A stretch of DNA of 64,000 bases from Patescibacteria group bacterium (GCA_040388415.1 JAZKBV010000003.1:47571-111570); one strand, 5' to 3'. Positions 37,123 to 46,762 are shown, counted from the stretch's first letter. Numbers and translations are program-made. Notes: generated by a model not told the origin, from the sequence alone.

Positions 37123-39168
37123 TTATTTAAAAAATGCTTTGTATTTTTCTTTGTTCTCAAGAAGATATTGTGGCAGATCTGATTCATCTACCCATAGTTT
37201 TACATTTTTGCCACGGTGGTCGATATTTTTTGTGATTGCATCTTCAAGCTCGGCTATGTATTTTTTGTTTCCATAAAATGGATGGTCTGCTTCAGTAATC
37301 TTTCTTCGGGCACCGTCTATGCCCCCTTGAAAGTTGAAGTGCCAACCGCCGTTTCGAAGAACAGTGAATGCTGTTTTACCCTTTAAGCTGCGGATATCAT
37401 TGAGAGACCGAGCCTTTATGTTCTTGTATTTTGTCACAACCGTCCCGCTCCAACCCATCCAATCTTCATCTGATCGATTATTGAGATAATACATATAAGG
37501 CAATTGACGAGGCTTGAAGTAGCTATCCTGAGAATAATCAATAACAAGCTTCGGGTTCCATATTTCATCAAGGTCAGATAGGTAACATACATCAGCATCA
37601 TTCAACCCGACAAGCGCTTTCCTAATAGATTCTTTCATGTAGCATTCTTTGACCCAATATGGCTTTGAATGGTCAATTGTATCGTTTGAAATGCAATATT
37701 CAAGTGTTTCTCTGTCGATAGTTTGAGCTTCGCTGAGCTGAGACAATCTTTTTTTCATGTCAGTATCGTCTTGAGGTATATCGTCGATGACATGGTGGAT
37801 TATTTTGTGCGCCCATTTTTTGTAGCGGTTTTTGTTCTCTTCAAAATGCAGCTTTTTCTTATTTCCTGAAAATGTTTCTGCATACTCGACTATAACAAAA
37901 TAGTCGACATATGGGTCAAGGATATTCAGGCGTATCTCCAAGAGGTCGAGCTCATTGAAAAAGGGGAAGACATCGTATATCTTTATTTTTTTTCTGTATT
38001 CGGCGATTTGATTCTTTGCTAGCCATACCATTTTTCTAAGTCTAATTTCGTTTATTGCTTCGATTACCTGATTTGGATATTTGAGTATTTTCTTGACTAT
38101 ACGTTTGCTATTTTTTCTTGTTATAAAAGAAAACTTTTTGGCATTGCGAATAGTTCTTGTAATATTATCTTTTATCCAGATAGCGCTTCGAAGCCCTCGT
38201 GCACGGAAGAGCCAGATGAGCGCATATATCACCGTAACGTCATTTCTAATCGCTTTAAATATCTGCCAATTATTTTTTATCCGGTTCACAATAGTTTTTT
38301 TGAATTTGCCTGAATGAGCAGTATAAAGCGCTTCATTTCTTTTCATATAATCAGCAAGCTCAGAGGCGCACGAGTCATACCCACTTAGATCTCCTTTTCT
38401 ATCTAAATACATCCAGCTTTGCGTAAGGTTATATCCCAAGCTCCAATATCCATCTGAGATGTTGTGCCGCGCCCAATATTTAGGAGCTATGCAGAATTTG
38501 AGGTCTTCCGAAAGCCATGCAGGGAACCAGGCGAAGCTCGAATTTGAGAGTATGAGGTATTTTGCATTTTTGATCACCGCGTAATCTTTGCCGATATTCC
38601 AATGGTTGACCTCAAAATCAGGGAAGAATTTTTTTGCTGTCTTTACGTCATCGGTAACGACGACGAATCTGAAATTAGGGTTGATATTTCGCATATGGGC
38701 GATCGCATTATCCCAGTATCGTTGTGGCAAGAAAAAATCTACGTCGAACGCATATCCGCCGCCCCGAAAATTGATGATGCATATGCTCTCGTCTGAGTAA
38801 TCCCTGCAATCGAATTCAGGCCTGATTCGCAGCCACTCGCGAATCTCGTTTTTTCGATGGGCGATGTATTGTTCGTCCTGCATGTAGCCATCGATTTGCG
38901 TGCCGTTAGGCACGTTCACTAGATCGGCGTCATACGTGCGTATATCCGATCCGTTGAGAGAGTGAATGATCTCCTTTTCCTGATAATAGTTCGTCACGCT
39001 TTTAATTTCTTCACCCAAGTTGATCGGCATGAAATCATGACCTTTGAATAACTCTGGCGAAACTAAGCCGAAATCGCATCCGCGATCTTTTGCGATGACG
39101 CGGGCAGTCACATAGCACCAAAGCTGGTTGCCAAGTCCTTGTCCGTTGTAGAATTTAGTCGATATCAT
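37123..39168 (-). CDS. Fused two-domain glycosyltransferase: N-terminal GT11-like + C-terminal GT17-like
   Basis: N-term NGQGLGNQLWCYV (GT11 motif variant); C-term YDVFPFFNELDLLEIRLNIL...VDYFVIVE (GT17-like); start at 39168 gives ATGA overlap with upstream GT2 stop. Confidence 0.5.
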   Translation of the reverse strand: MISTKFYNGQGLGNQLWCYVTARVIAKDRGCDFGLVSPELFKGHDFMPINLGEEIKSVTNYYQEKEIIHSLNGSDIRTYDADLVNVPNGTQIDGYMQDEQYIAHRKNEIREWLRIRPEFDCRDYSDESICIINFRGGGYAFDVDFFLPQRYWDNAIAHMRNINPNFRFVVVTDDVKTAKKFFPDFEVNHWNIGKDYAVIKNAKYLILSNSSFAWFPAWLSEDLKFCIAPKYWARHNISDGYWSLGYNLTQSWMYLDRKGDLSGYDSCASELADYMKRNEALYTAHSGKFKKTIVNRIKNNWQIFKAIRNDVTVIYALIWLFRARGLRSAIWIKDNITRTIRNAKKFSFITRKNSKRIVKKILKYPNQVIEAINEIRLRKMVWLAKNQIAEYRKKIKIYDVFPFFNELDLLEIRLNILDPYVDYFVIVEYAETFSGNKKKLHFEENKNRYKKWAHKIIHHVIDDIPQDDTDMKKRLSQLSEAQTIDRETLEYCISNDTIDHSKPYWVKECYMKESIRKALVGLNDADVCYLSDLDEIWNPKLVIDYSQDSYFKPRQLPYMYYLNNRSDEDWMGWSGTVVTKYKNIKARSLNDIRSLKGKTAFTVLRNGGWHFNFQGGIDGARRKITEADHPFYGNKKYIAELEDAITKNIDHRGKNVKLWVDESDLPQYLLENKEKYKAFFK

Positions 39169-39950
39169 TTGGTGTAGCCTATAATGCTTACGATACAAGA
39201 CTTTATGAAACTTTTCATTCTTTTTGCTTTATATAGCAAGAGCAGGGCATGTTTGTGTCTTATCTTATGTTTTTTCAGCACATAGGCATACTCAGTCTCT
39301 CTCCGTTTCGTTGGGCTCGAATTGCCCATTTGGTTTTCGTGAACGCGTATAGCTATATCGACGCTGCCCAAGATTTTCGGGTTACCATAAAGGTTAAAAA
39401 GCGCGCGATAAAAATCAAGATCTTGCCACCAGATCAAGTTCGTATCAAATAAAGGGATGCTCGGGCTATTTTTTATAGTGACCACGGATGGCGCGCTCAC
39501 GGTATTTTTTTCTAGTATTTTTTCTCCATTAAAGCGAGGGTGGAACTCTCTAAAATAATTCGCTCCATCTTTTGTATGGATGCAGGCTGTTATAAGCCAT
39601 GCATCTTTTGCTAGGTCAAAATTATCGACGATATGTTGGAGCGACTCACTGTGATAAAGGTAGTCATCCAAGAAGAGTATTTTGATCAGTTTCCCGGTTG
39701 CGCGCTTTAGTGCATTATTCGTATTATCCGAAGGTGTTGCCCGAGGGTCTTCCTTGAAATAATGGATATCAAGCCTGTCGCCGTATTCGCGGCACACATC
39801 TTCGATCGCTGTATTTTTTGATTGATCAGAAACAACAATGTCAAAATCTTTGAATGTTTGGATGCACATCATATCGAAGCTGCGCTTTAGATACTGTGCA
39901 CCCTTACCACCCATTTCATATGCCGAGATGCAGATACTGATATGCTTCAT
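39165..39950 (-). CDS. Glycosyltransferase family 2 (GT-A)
   Basis: ISICISAYE...DIVVSDQS N-terminal GT2 pattern. Confidence 0.55.
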   Translation of the reverse strand: MKHISICISAYEMGGKGAQYLKRSFDMMCIQTFKDFDIVVSDQSKNTAIEDVCREYGDRLDIHYFKEDPRATPSDNTNNALKRATGKLIKILFLDDYLYHSESLQHIVDNFDLAKDAWLITACIHTKDGANYFREFHPRFNGEKILEKNTVSAPSVVTIKNSPSIPLFDTNLIWWQDLDFYRALFNLYGNPKILGSVDIAIRVHENQMGNSSPTKRRETEYAYVLKKHKIRHKHALLLLYKAKRMKSFIKSCIVSIIGYTK

Positions 39951-40008
39951 TTGTGTTTAGAATACTACTATAAGTTGCGATTTTTGCCCACTTGAAGATT
40001 ATCGAACT

Positions 40009-41628
40009 TTACATGAGAAGCTCGTTGATAATGGATCGTATTTTCTTATCTCTATCTTCTTGATCGCGCACGGTCTTCCAACCTGAAGCGCCGAAGATAT
40101 GCATCCAGTCGCCTATGTATTCTACCTCATCCAATGATAGGTCATTCACGGTCGTCGTGGGATTTTTTTGTTCCCGGATTTTTTTATGCGAATATGCAGG
40201 AAAAATGATCTTTTCTTGTTGAATCTTTGAATAGAACGAGTCCCAATTCATGCCACCAGTATCAACGGCAGTGCCATGTATCCTTCCATTGAGAAAATTC
40301 GCATGTATCCCGTCAAATGCTGATGCAGTATAAAAACAGAATCCAGCCCAGAGATACCACAACGAACCTCTCATCTGGAGATGGCCATATATGCGTTGCG
40401 AATCGAGGTGAGGAACGATGGATGTTTTTCTAATCGGAAAAATGTCATGGTCAAGAAAGCCGAAATAACGTGCGCCTCGCTTGCTCACATAATTTTTGTA
40501 AATCCAGTTGAGCGATGCGCCGTGGGAGGCCGAGCGTGTGAGAGGGTTTTTCGGAAGCTTCACATAAGCCACATTTTCGATTGCGCATAACTCTTTAATT
40601 TCCGCTGCTATTTTTATGTCAGGCGTGTTATCGAATACAGTATAAAAATAAGGATCAGTAAGGTTTTTTCGGAGCAGCTTGATCTGCCACTCGATGACTT
40701 CTTTATTGTTAAAAGCAACGGTGGCAAGGTCGATGACATATTTATTTTTGAGCGGAAGGATATCGCAGTTGATATGGTCGCATGCATTGAAGGGTATGCG
40801 ATAGAAGGCCTGTTCTCTGTATCTCAGGTATATCTTTTTAAAATGGAATCTAGCTTTGCTCATTACTATTCTCAAAATAAATAAGCACATATACCAAAAG
40901 TATACAGGCTGGATTATTTTGTATTTTTTAATCAAAAATGAAAGATATTTTTTTTGTACGTTCATGAGCTCGATGCCTCGCACCCGACTTTCGAAATATG
41001 TGCTTATCTGGTCCGCATGGATCCTTTTCTTGAGCAAGACCTCGGGTACATTTGCGATACATAATCCAGCGCTCATTGCTCGGACGTATAAGTCGTATTC
41101 ATTCTCGTAACGGTATTTTTCAGTATAGGCCAGACTCTTCCTCTCTAGATCGCTTTTACGGATAATGAGAGAAGATGATTCAACTTCATTTTTGAGAAGC
41201 ATTCCGCTGTGAACGTGCGTGACGAACTGAGGATATTTCCTAATCGCATTTCTTGATCCTATCTCTTGGATCTGACTTCCTGCAATGGCTATTTCTGGAT
41301 GAACATCCATGAAATGTACAAGTGTCTCAATTCTTGCAGGATAGCTGATATCATCGGCGTCCATTCTCACGATGTACTCGCCACGCGCCGAGCTTAATCC
41401 CTGGTTGAGCGCTTTAGTGATGCCGGTATTCTTTTCATTCTTTAAATAGGTGATCCGGCGGTCTTTGATCGACGCCACTATTTTTTCTGTCACGTCTAAT
41501 GATCCATCATTGATAATGATCAGTTCAAAATCAGGAAAAGTCTGGTACAGGATGCTGTCGATAGCATCTTTGATATATTTTTTGCCATTGAATACAGGTA
41601 GTATAACCGAAACTTTTGGATTACTCAT
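40009..41628 (-). CDS. Glycosyltransferase family 2 with additional ~300-aa C-terminal domain of unknown function
   Basis: VSVILPVFNGKKYIKDAIDSILYQTFPDFELIIINDGS...RMDADD; C-terminal half with FDNTPD / GFLDHD motifs. Confidence 0.75.
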   Translation of the reverse strand: MSNPKVSVILPVFNGKKYIKDAIDSILYQTFPDFELIIINDGSLDVTEKIVASIKDRRITYLKNEKNTGITKALNQGLSSARGEYIVRMDADDISYPARIETLVHFMDVHPEIAIAGSQIQEIGSRNAIRKYPQFVTHVHSGMLLKNEVESSSLIIRKSDLERKSLAYTEKYRYENEYDLYVRAMSAGLCIANVPEVLLKKRIHADQISTYFESRVRGIELMNVQKKYLSFLIKKYKIIQPVYFWYMCLFILRIVMSKARFHFKKIYLRYREQAFYRIPFNACDHINCDILPLKNKYVIDLATVAFNNKEVIEWQIKLLRKNLTDPYFYTVFDNTPDIKIAAEIKELCAIENVAYVKLPKNPLTRSASHGASLNWIYKNYVSKRGARYFGFLDHDIFPIRKTSIVPHLDSQRIYGHLQMRGSLWYLWAGFCFYTASAFDGIHANFLNGRIHGTAVDTGGMNWDSFYSKIQQEKIIFPAYSHKKIREQKNPTTTVNDLSLDEVEYIGDWMHIFGASGWKTVRDQEDRDKKIRSIINELLM

Positions 41629-41633
41629 GGATG

Positions 41634-43016
41634 TTAAATCGGATTAACTGGAGTAACTGTTGTAGCCTCAAGTGGTTTCTTTCGAATAAAAATGATGATT
41701 TGTAGTCCGAACAGAATAAAGTTCAAGAGTATTTGAGCCCAGAGCAATCCCCAGATGCCATAGAAGTAGAGCAATACTGAAAGCAATAGTATTCTCAGTG
41801 TTGGCATGACAAAGCTGACGATATAGAGCTCTTTCGTTTTGCGTTGAGCAATGAGAGCCATTTGCACGACCGTGGTGACGAGTGAGAAAAAAGATAGGGC
41901 ATAGATCTGCGTATAATGTATAGAATCGACATATGCAGGAAAGAACGTATGGAACGCCCATGGAGCGAACGCCGCATAGCTGCCTTCGCTTACGACGACA
42001 AGGACGACTATGACCCATAGCTTTTTCTTCAAGATATCTTTTACCTGTTCCTCTGATCGGTCTGATAATCTGAGAAGCACGAGGTTTGGAATGAATTTGA
42101 GGATGCCAGAGATCTTTTCTGGTATGATCGTGGCAAATGAATATATAGCGAGAGCGGTTGAGCCGATGAAATGGAAAACAAGCAGAGAGTCGAGCTGTCC
42201 CGCCAATGTTCCAAAGATATTCATTACAGACAGATGGATACCATAGGAAATGGTCTCATTATCTCTTTTTTCGTTTGGCGGAATATGTTTTATGACATAC
42301 AGATATAAGATGAAGTTGGTGAGAAATATGAAAAAGTAGTTTGCCGCCACGATCCAGAGAACATTTCTTGTAAAGTAAAGCGCAAGAAGGATCGGGACGT
42401 AGCTGATTATATTGTTGAAAAGTCCGTAGTATGTACCAATACGAAATAATTTTTTCCCGCCCAGATATGCGACCCACGTATTGAATGCGTTTCCAAGGGG
42501 GAGAAAAATAGCAATCAATATAAATGCTGTTCCGAGCGTATAGTTGCTGTGTATGAAGTACCATGACGATACGCTGAGTCCGAGAACGGCAGGGATGATA
42601 CCTGCCATGAGCTGGAAATGAACCGAATGCTTGAATTCTCCTTCAAATCCACGCGCCACTGCACGAGTGACAGCGCCGTTCATGTTATTGAGTGTTGTTG
42701 CGCCGATGAGCCCTGCAATAGCAAGTATGTATTGATACGTTCCGTAGGCATCTTTGCTCATGTATCGTGCAAACAAGAGCGATCCAGCAAAAGACATGAT
42801 CGTCACTATTGCCATGTTGAAATTGCTCCAAAATGTGCCGCTCGCCAAGTACACCATATCCGTCTTGGTGTACTGCTCTGACCAGCGAAGAAGTGAAATA
42901 AGTCTATTTTTCATGCGTTTGACTATGTTGGAAAGGTGATTGTGCAATACTAACATATCTTGCACCAGCTTGTTGAGTATTTGTCGTACATTAAGTATGA
43001 TGTATGAATTACCCAT
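41634..43016 (-). CDS. Wzx-like oligosaccharide flippase (MOP superfamily); alternative start at 42914
   Basis: ~12 TM helices, length and topology typical of polysaccharide flippases. Confidence 0.65.
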   Translation of the reverse strand: MGNSYIILNVRQILNKLVQDMLVLHNHLSNIVKRMKNRLISLLRWSEQYTKTDMVYLASGTFWSNFNMAIVTIMSFAGSLLFARYMSKDAYGTYQYILAIAGLIGATTLNNMNGAVTRAVARGFEGEFKHSVHFQLMAGIIPAVLGLSVSSWYFIHSNYTLGTAFILIAIFLPLGNAFNTWVAYLGGKKLFRIGTYYGLFNNIISYVPILLALYFTRNVLWIVAANYFFIFLTNFILYLYVIKHIPPNEKRDNETISYGIHLSVMNIFGTLAGQLDSLLVFHFIGSTALAIYSFATIIPEKISGILKFIPNLVLLRLSDRSEEQVKDILKKKLWVIVVLVVVSEGSYAAFAPWAFHTFFPAYVDSIHYTQIYALSFFSLVTTVVQMALIAQRKTKELYIVSFVMPTLRILLLSVLLYFYGIWGLLWAQILLNFILFGLQIIIFIRKKPLEATTVTPVNPI

Positions 43017-43028
43017 ATATAAATTAAT

Positions 43029-45236
43029 ATGCCACTCAAATCCCTTACTCGATTCCTTACGCTTGCACCGCTATTCCTTATACCGTTCTTTCCTTTGATC
43101 GTTGAGAATTCATTCTTCTTTCCATTCATTACCGGCAAAGCTTTCTATTTCCGTATTCTCGTTGAGATCGCTTTTGCTAGTTGGATTATCCTCGCATGTC
43201 TCGACGCAAAGTATCGTCCAAAGATAAACGCACTCACACTCGGCGTCACTGCATTCGCGCTCATCACGCTCGCCGCTGACCTTCTCGGCGTGAACCCGCT
43301 CCGCAGTCTCTGGTCAAACTTTGAGCGTATGGAAGGTTGGATCGTTATCGCGCATCTCTGGATGTTCTTCATGGTCATAACTCATGTATTTGGCGCAGGG
43401 GAGATAGGCAAGAAACTGTGGCGTCAATGGTTGAATGTTTCCCTCGTCGCGTCGCTCTTGGTTGCCTGCTATGGTTTCGCGCAGCTATTTGGTTGGGCTG
43501 AGATCCATCAAGGATCGGTTCGTATCGATGCGTCTCTCGGCAATGCAGCATACATGGCCGTGTATATGCTCATCAGCACTGGATTTGCCGTATTCCTCTT
43601 TTTGGAATCACGAGCGCGCCGCACAGTAAAAAACATCTTTGACCTCAGCGTATTCGAGTGGCTCTACGCTATCGGCGCTCTTGTCTTCGCTTTCTTGCTT
43701 TTTGAAACAGCGACTCGCGGTACTGCATTTGGCTTGATTGGTGGCGCCATGCTCGCCCTCTTCTTGTATGCTCTCCTCGCTGGTCCAACAAAGAAAGCTT
43801 CTCGCATGGTCGCTGGCGGCATCATCGTCGTCATCATGCTTATCGGCGGCGCACTATGGTCAGCGCGCGATACGTCTTTCGTAAAGAATAATCAAGCGCT
43901 CAACCGTCTCACATCCATCACTCTTTCTGAGATACAGACACAAGGCCGCGCCTATATCTGGCCTATGGCAGTAAAAGGATCGCTTGAGCGCCCTGTTCTC
44001 GGTTGGGGCCAGGAAAATTTCAATTATATCTTCAACGCCAACTATAACCCTGCCATGTATAACCAAGAGCAGTGGTTCGATCGCGCGCACAGCGTCTATC
44101 TCGACTGGTTGGTTGCATCTGGCTTCGTAGGTTTGTTGGCATATCTGGCATTATATGTATTCTTCTTGCTCGCTGTATGGAGATCGACTCTCACCATCGC
44201 CGAAAAGAGCGCATTGACTGGCCTTCTTGTTGGTTATGCGATCCACAACGTCTTTGTGTTCGATAACCTTGCGAGCTATGTATCATTTTTCGCCCTTCTC
44301 GGTCTCGGCGCTTCATTGAAGTCAGCAAAGGCACAAGATGTTCCAAAGCCAGTGCGCGAGATAAGTCCTGATATCATCGAATACGTCATTGCACCGCTCT
44401 CGATCATCATTCTTTTGGGCGGGCTCTATATGTTTAATGTTCGTCCGATCCAGGAAAATACTCGTCTGATCGATGCGCTTCGTGCATGTAGTGGTAGCAG
44501 CATGCCTGATGCCACGCTCTTCCAGCGCGCCCTAGATGCAGGGTCATATATGGGCATGCAGGAGATTCGTGAGCAGATATTCTCATGTACGCCAAATGTC
44601 ATTAACTCTCAACAGATACCTGGTCCCACAAAGCAGGCGTTCGGCGAGCTTGCAATGACTGCGATTACGGATCAGATCGCCGCTTCTCCAAAGGATGCTC
44701 GTATATATACTCTCGCTGGTTCATTCCTCGAGCAAGTCGGCTCATTCCAACAAGCTGTTCCATTCCTTGAAACAGCGCACAAGCTTTCTCCTGCAAAGCA
44801 GACCATCGCATTTGCGCTTTCAACGGCATACATCAATATCGGCAAATATGATCAGGCTATCGCATTGCTCAAGCAAGCATATGAATCGGCGACAGAAAAT
44901 GCGGATGCAAAGTCAGCCTATCTCACCGCGCTTATCATCGGAGGACAGGAGTCGCAAGCGAAAGCGCTTTTCGGCAGCATGCCTGAGCTCTTCAATAATG
45001 AACGCGTTGCGCAGGCATACGCATTGAATAAGCAGTACGATAAAGCCATTGCCATTTACAAAAATATCATCGGTACAAGCACTGATCAAGTCAGTACCCA
45101 GTTCAGACTTGCGGAAATACTCTTTAGCGCAGGACGATCATATGAATCAGTCGCGCTTCTGAAAGCGATCGAAACTGCTCATCCAGAGTACAAGGCTCAG
45201 CTCGAAGCTGCTATAAAGCAGATTCAATCAAAATAG
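43029..45236 (+). CDS. O-antigen ligase/polymerase-like (Wzy_C domain) membrane protein with C-terminal TPR repeats
   Basis: Multi-TM N-domain with RAHSVYLDWLVASGFVGLL (Wzy_C-like), periplasmic loop, ~250-aa C-terminal TPR-like region. Confidence 0.6.
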   Translation: MPLKSLTRFLTLAPLFLIPFFPLIVENSFFFPFITGKAFYFRILVEIAFASWIILACLDAKYRPKINALTLGVTAFALITLAADLLGVNPLRSLWSNFERMEGWIVIAHLWMFFMVITHVFGAGEIGKKLWRQWLNVSLVASLLVACYGFAQLFGWAEIHQGSVRIDASLGNAAYMAVYMLISTGFAVFLFLESRARRTVKNIFDLSVFEWLYAIGALVFAFLLFETATRGTAFGLIGGAMLALFLYALLAGPTKKASRMVAGGIIVVIMLIGGALWSARDTSFVKNNQALNRLTSITLSEIQTQGRAYIWPMAVKGSLERPVLGWGQENFNYIFNANYNPAMYNQEQWFDRAHSVYLDWLVASGFVGLLAYLALYVFFLLAVWRSTLTIAEKSALTGLLVGYAIHNVFVFDNLASYVSFFALLGLGASLKSAKAQDVPKPVREISPDIIEYVIAPLSIIILLGGLYMFNVRPIQENTRLIDALRACSGSSMPDATLFQRALDAGSYMGMQEIREQIFSCTPNVINSQQIPGPTKQAFGELAMTAITDQIAASPKDARIYTLAGSFLEQVGSFQQAVPFLETAHKLSPAKQTIAFALSTAYINIGKYDQAIALLKQAYESATENADAKSAYLTALIIGGQESQAKALFGSMPELFNNERVAQAYALNKQYDKAIAIYKNIIGTSTDQVSTQFRLAEILFSAGRSYESVALLKAIETAHPEYKAQLEAAIKQIQSK

Positions 45237-45247
45237 CGTCGACGCTA

Positions 45248-45275
45248 TTGCAGCTGCAAGATACTATAGTATAAT
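45248..45275 (+). promoter_or_regulatory. Strong sigma70-like promoter TTGCAG-16-TATAAT in non-coding region
   Basis: Overlaps perfect palindrome TTGCAGCTGCAA; adjacent upstream palindrome GCGTCGACGC. Confidence 0.45.
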
Positions 45276-45281
45276 TGGTCT

Positions 45282-45346
45282 GTGAGTACCCTAGGTGGGC
45301 ACTCTCCAATAAATGTCTCGCAAAGTGCCGCCCTCGGCGGCCTTTT
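45282..45346 (+). ncRNA. Candidate small non-coding RNA (~65 nt) bounded by promoter and intrinsic terminator
   Basis: 5' hairpin GAGUACCC/GGGCACUC, then terminator gccgcc-ctc-ggcggc-cuuuu; no ORF. Confidence 0.3.
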
Positions 45347-45502
45347 GCGTTAAGAGATAATTTCTTGGTATACTTGAGTGCAGATTGCACCAAATGACGG
45401 CGAGCGGCTGTACTCACATTATATTTAGACATATTATTTGGAGCTCACACCCGCTCGCCATCATTGGGTACAATTACCACGTTCGTGGATATACCTTAGA
45501 TT

Positions 45503-46597
45503 ATGATTATTCAAGAAAATATATCTCTAGCTCAATATACGACATTCAAGATCGGCGGTTCAGCTCGATTTTTTTGTTTAGTGACGGGCATAGATGAATT
45601 AAAGGAAGCAGTCAAGTTCGCAAAAGAAAAAAACGTACCTTTCTTTGTCCTTGGTGGAGGGTCAAATGTGCTCATCTCAGATGAAGGATTCCATGGCCTG
45701 GTCATAAAGATGGAGATAAAGGGGAAAGTTAAAAGGCAAAAGTTAAAAGGCAAAAATGAAAGTCAAAAGAGTGAAAATATAGAACTTGAGATTGTTTCTG
45801 CTGGCGCAGGAGAAATGTGGGATGATTTTGTCGAATGGACACTTGCTAACGGTTTCAATGGATTGGAAAATCTTTCAGCTATTCCTGGCACTGTCGGCGC
45901 TGCGCCTGTGCAGAATATCGGCGCGTATGGAGCAGAGATCGGACAGTTTGTTTCGAGTGTTCATGCATTTGATACTCATACGATGAAAGAGATTGAATTG
46001 AATGCTCGTGACTGTCATTTCGGTTACAGAAACAGCTTGTTCAAACACGAAAAGGGAAGATATATTGTCACTTGCGTTGATTTTTCTTTGAAGAAAGATG
46101 GGAAGGTGAATGTTGAGTACAGGGATTTGAAGGAGTATTTTAATAAGTTACAAGTGACAAGTGGACCCAGTGGCGAATCTGCTGATTCGAAGGTACAAGA
46201 AATCACACCATCGCAGGTTCGTGAGGCAGTGATTGATATTCGTTGGCATAAATTGCCTGATTGGAATAAGTGGGGCACTGCAGGATCGTTTTTCAAAAAC
46301 CCTGTGGTCACACAAGAAAAGTTTGATGAGTTGAAAGTTAAGTACCCAGCGATGCCGAGCTTCCCCGAGGCTAGTGGCGGCGTCAAAATACCGCTTGGTT
46401 GGATACTCGATAATGTGTGTCATCTCAAAGGCGTTATGACTGGCGGTGTAGGCACCTATGAAAAGCAGGCACTGGTCATCGTCACCAAGCCAGGAGCTAA
46501 AGCAAAAGAGGTAGTCGATTTTACGCATGATTTGATGAAGCAAGTGAAGGACGCGACCGGGATTACGATCGAAGCTGAGGTGGAATGGGTGAATTAG
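45503..46597 (+). CDS. murB: UDP-N-acetylenolpyruvoylglucosamine reductase
   Basis: FAD-binding FKIGGSARFF, VLGGGSNVL; C-terminal MurB domain; contains short Lys-rich tandem-repeat insertion. Confidence 0.9.
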   Translation: MIIQENISLAQYTTFKIGGSARFFCLVTGIDELKEAVKFAKEKNVPFFVLGGGSNVLISDEGFHGLVIKMEIKGKVKRQKLKGKNESQKSENIELEIVSAGAGEMWDDFVEWTLANGFNGLENLSAIPGTVGAAPVQNIGAYGAEIGQFVSSVHAFDTHTMKEIELNARDCHFGYRNSLFKHEKGRYIVTCVDFSLKKDGKVNVEYRDLKEYFNKLQVTSGPSGESADSKVQEITPSQVREAVIDIRWHKLPDWNKWGTAGSFFKNPVVTQEKFDELKVKYPAMPSFPEASGGVKIPLGWILDNVCHLKGVMTGGVGTYEKQALVIVTKPGAKAKEVVDFTHDLMKQVKDATGITIEAEVEWVN

Positions 46598-46762
46598 CCG
46601 AGGTCCGACCTCAGTATTGACATTTACTCAATAAAGCGTAGTTTTGGTATCAGGTTTGTTCGTTGTCAACAAAACTGCTCTGAAAGGAGCTCGCATAAAC
46701 AATGTTTCTGAGAGGAAACATGGCAACACTAATGCCTGAAAGGGCAGAAAGCAGAGGTAGTT

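Noticed and set aside
45211-45432. 73-aa minus-strand ORF in the 45.2-45.5 kb intergenic region
   Set aside because: It runs through the intrinsic terminator and the consensus promoter and overlaps the 3' end of the ligase gene. The non-coding RNA interpretation is preferred, though not excluded.
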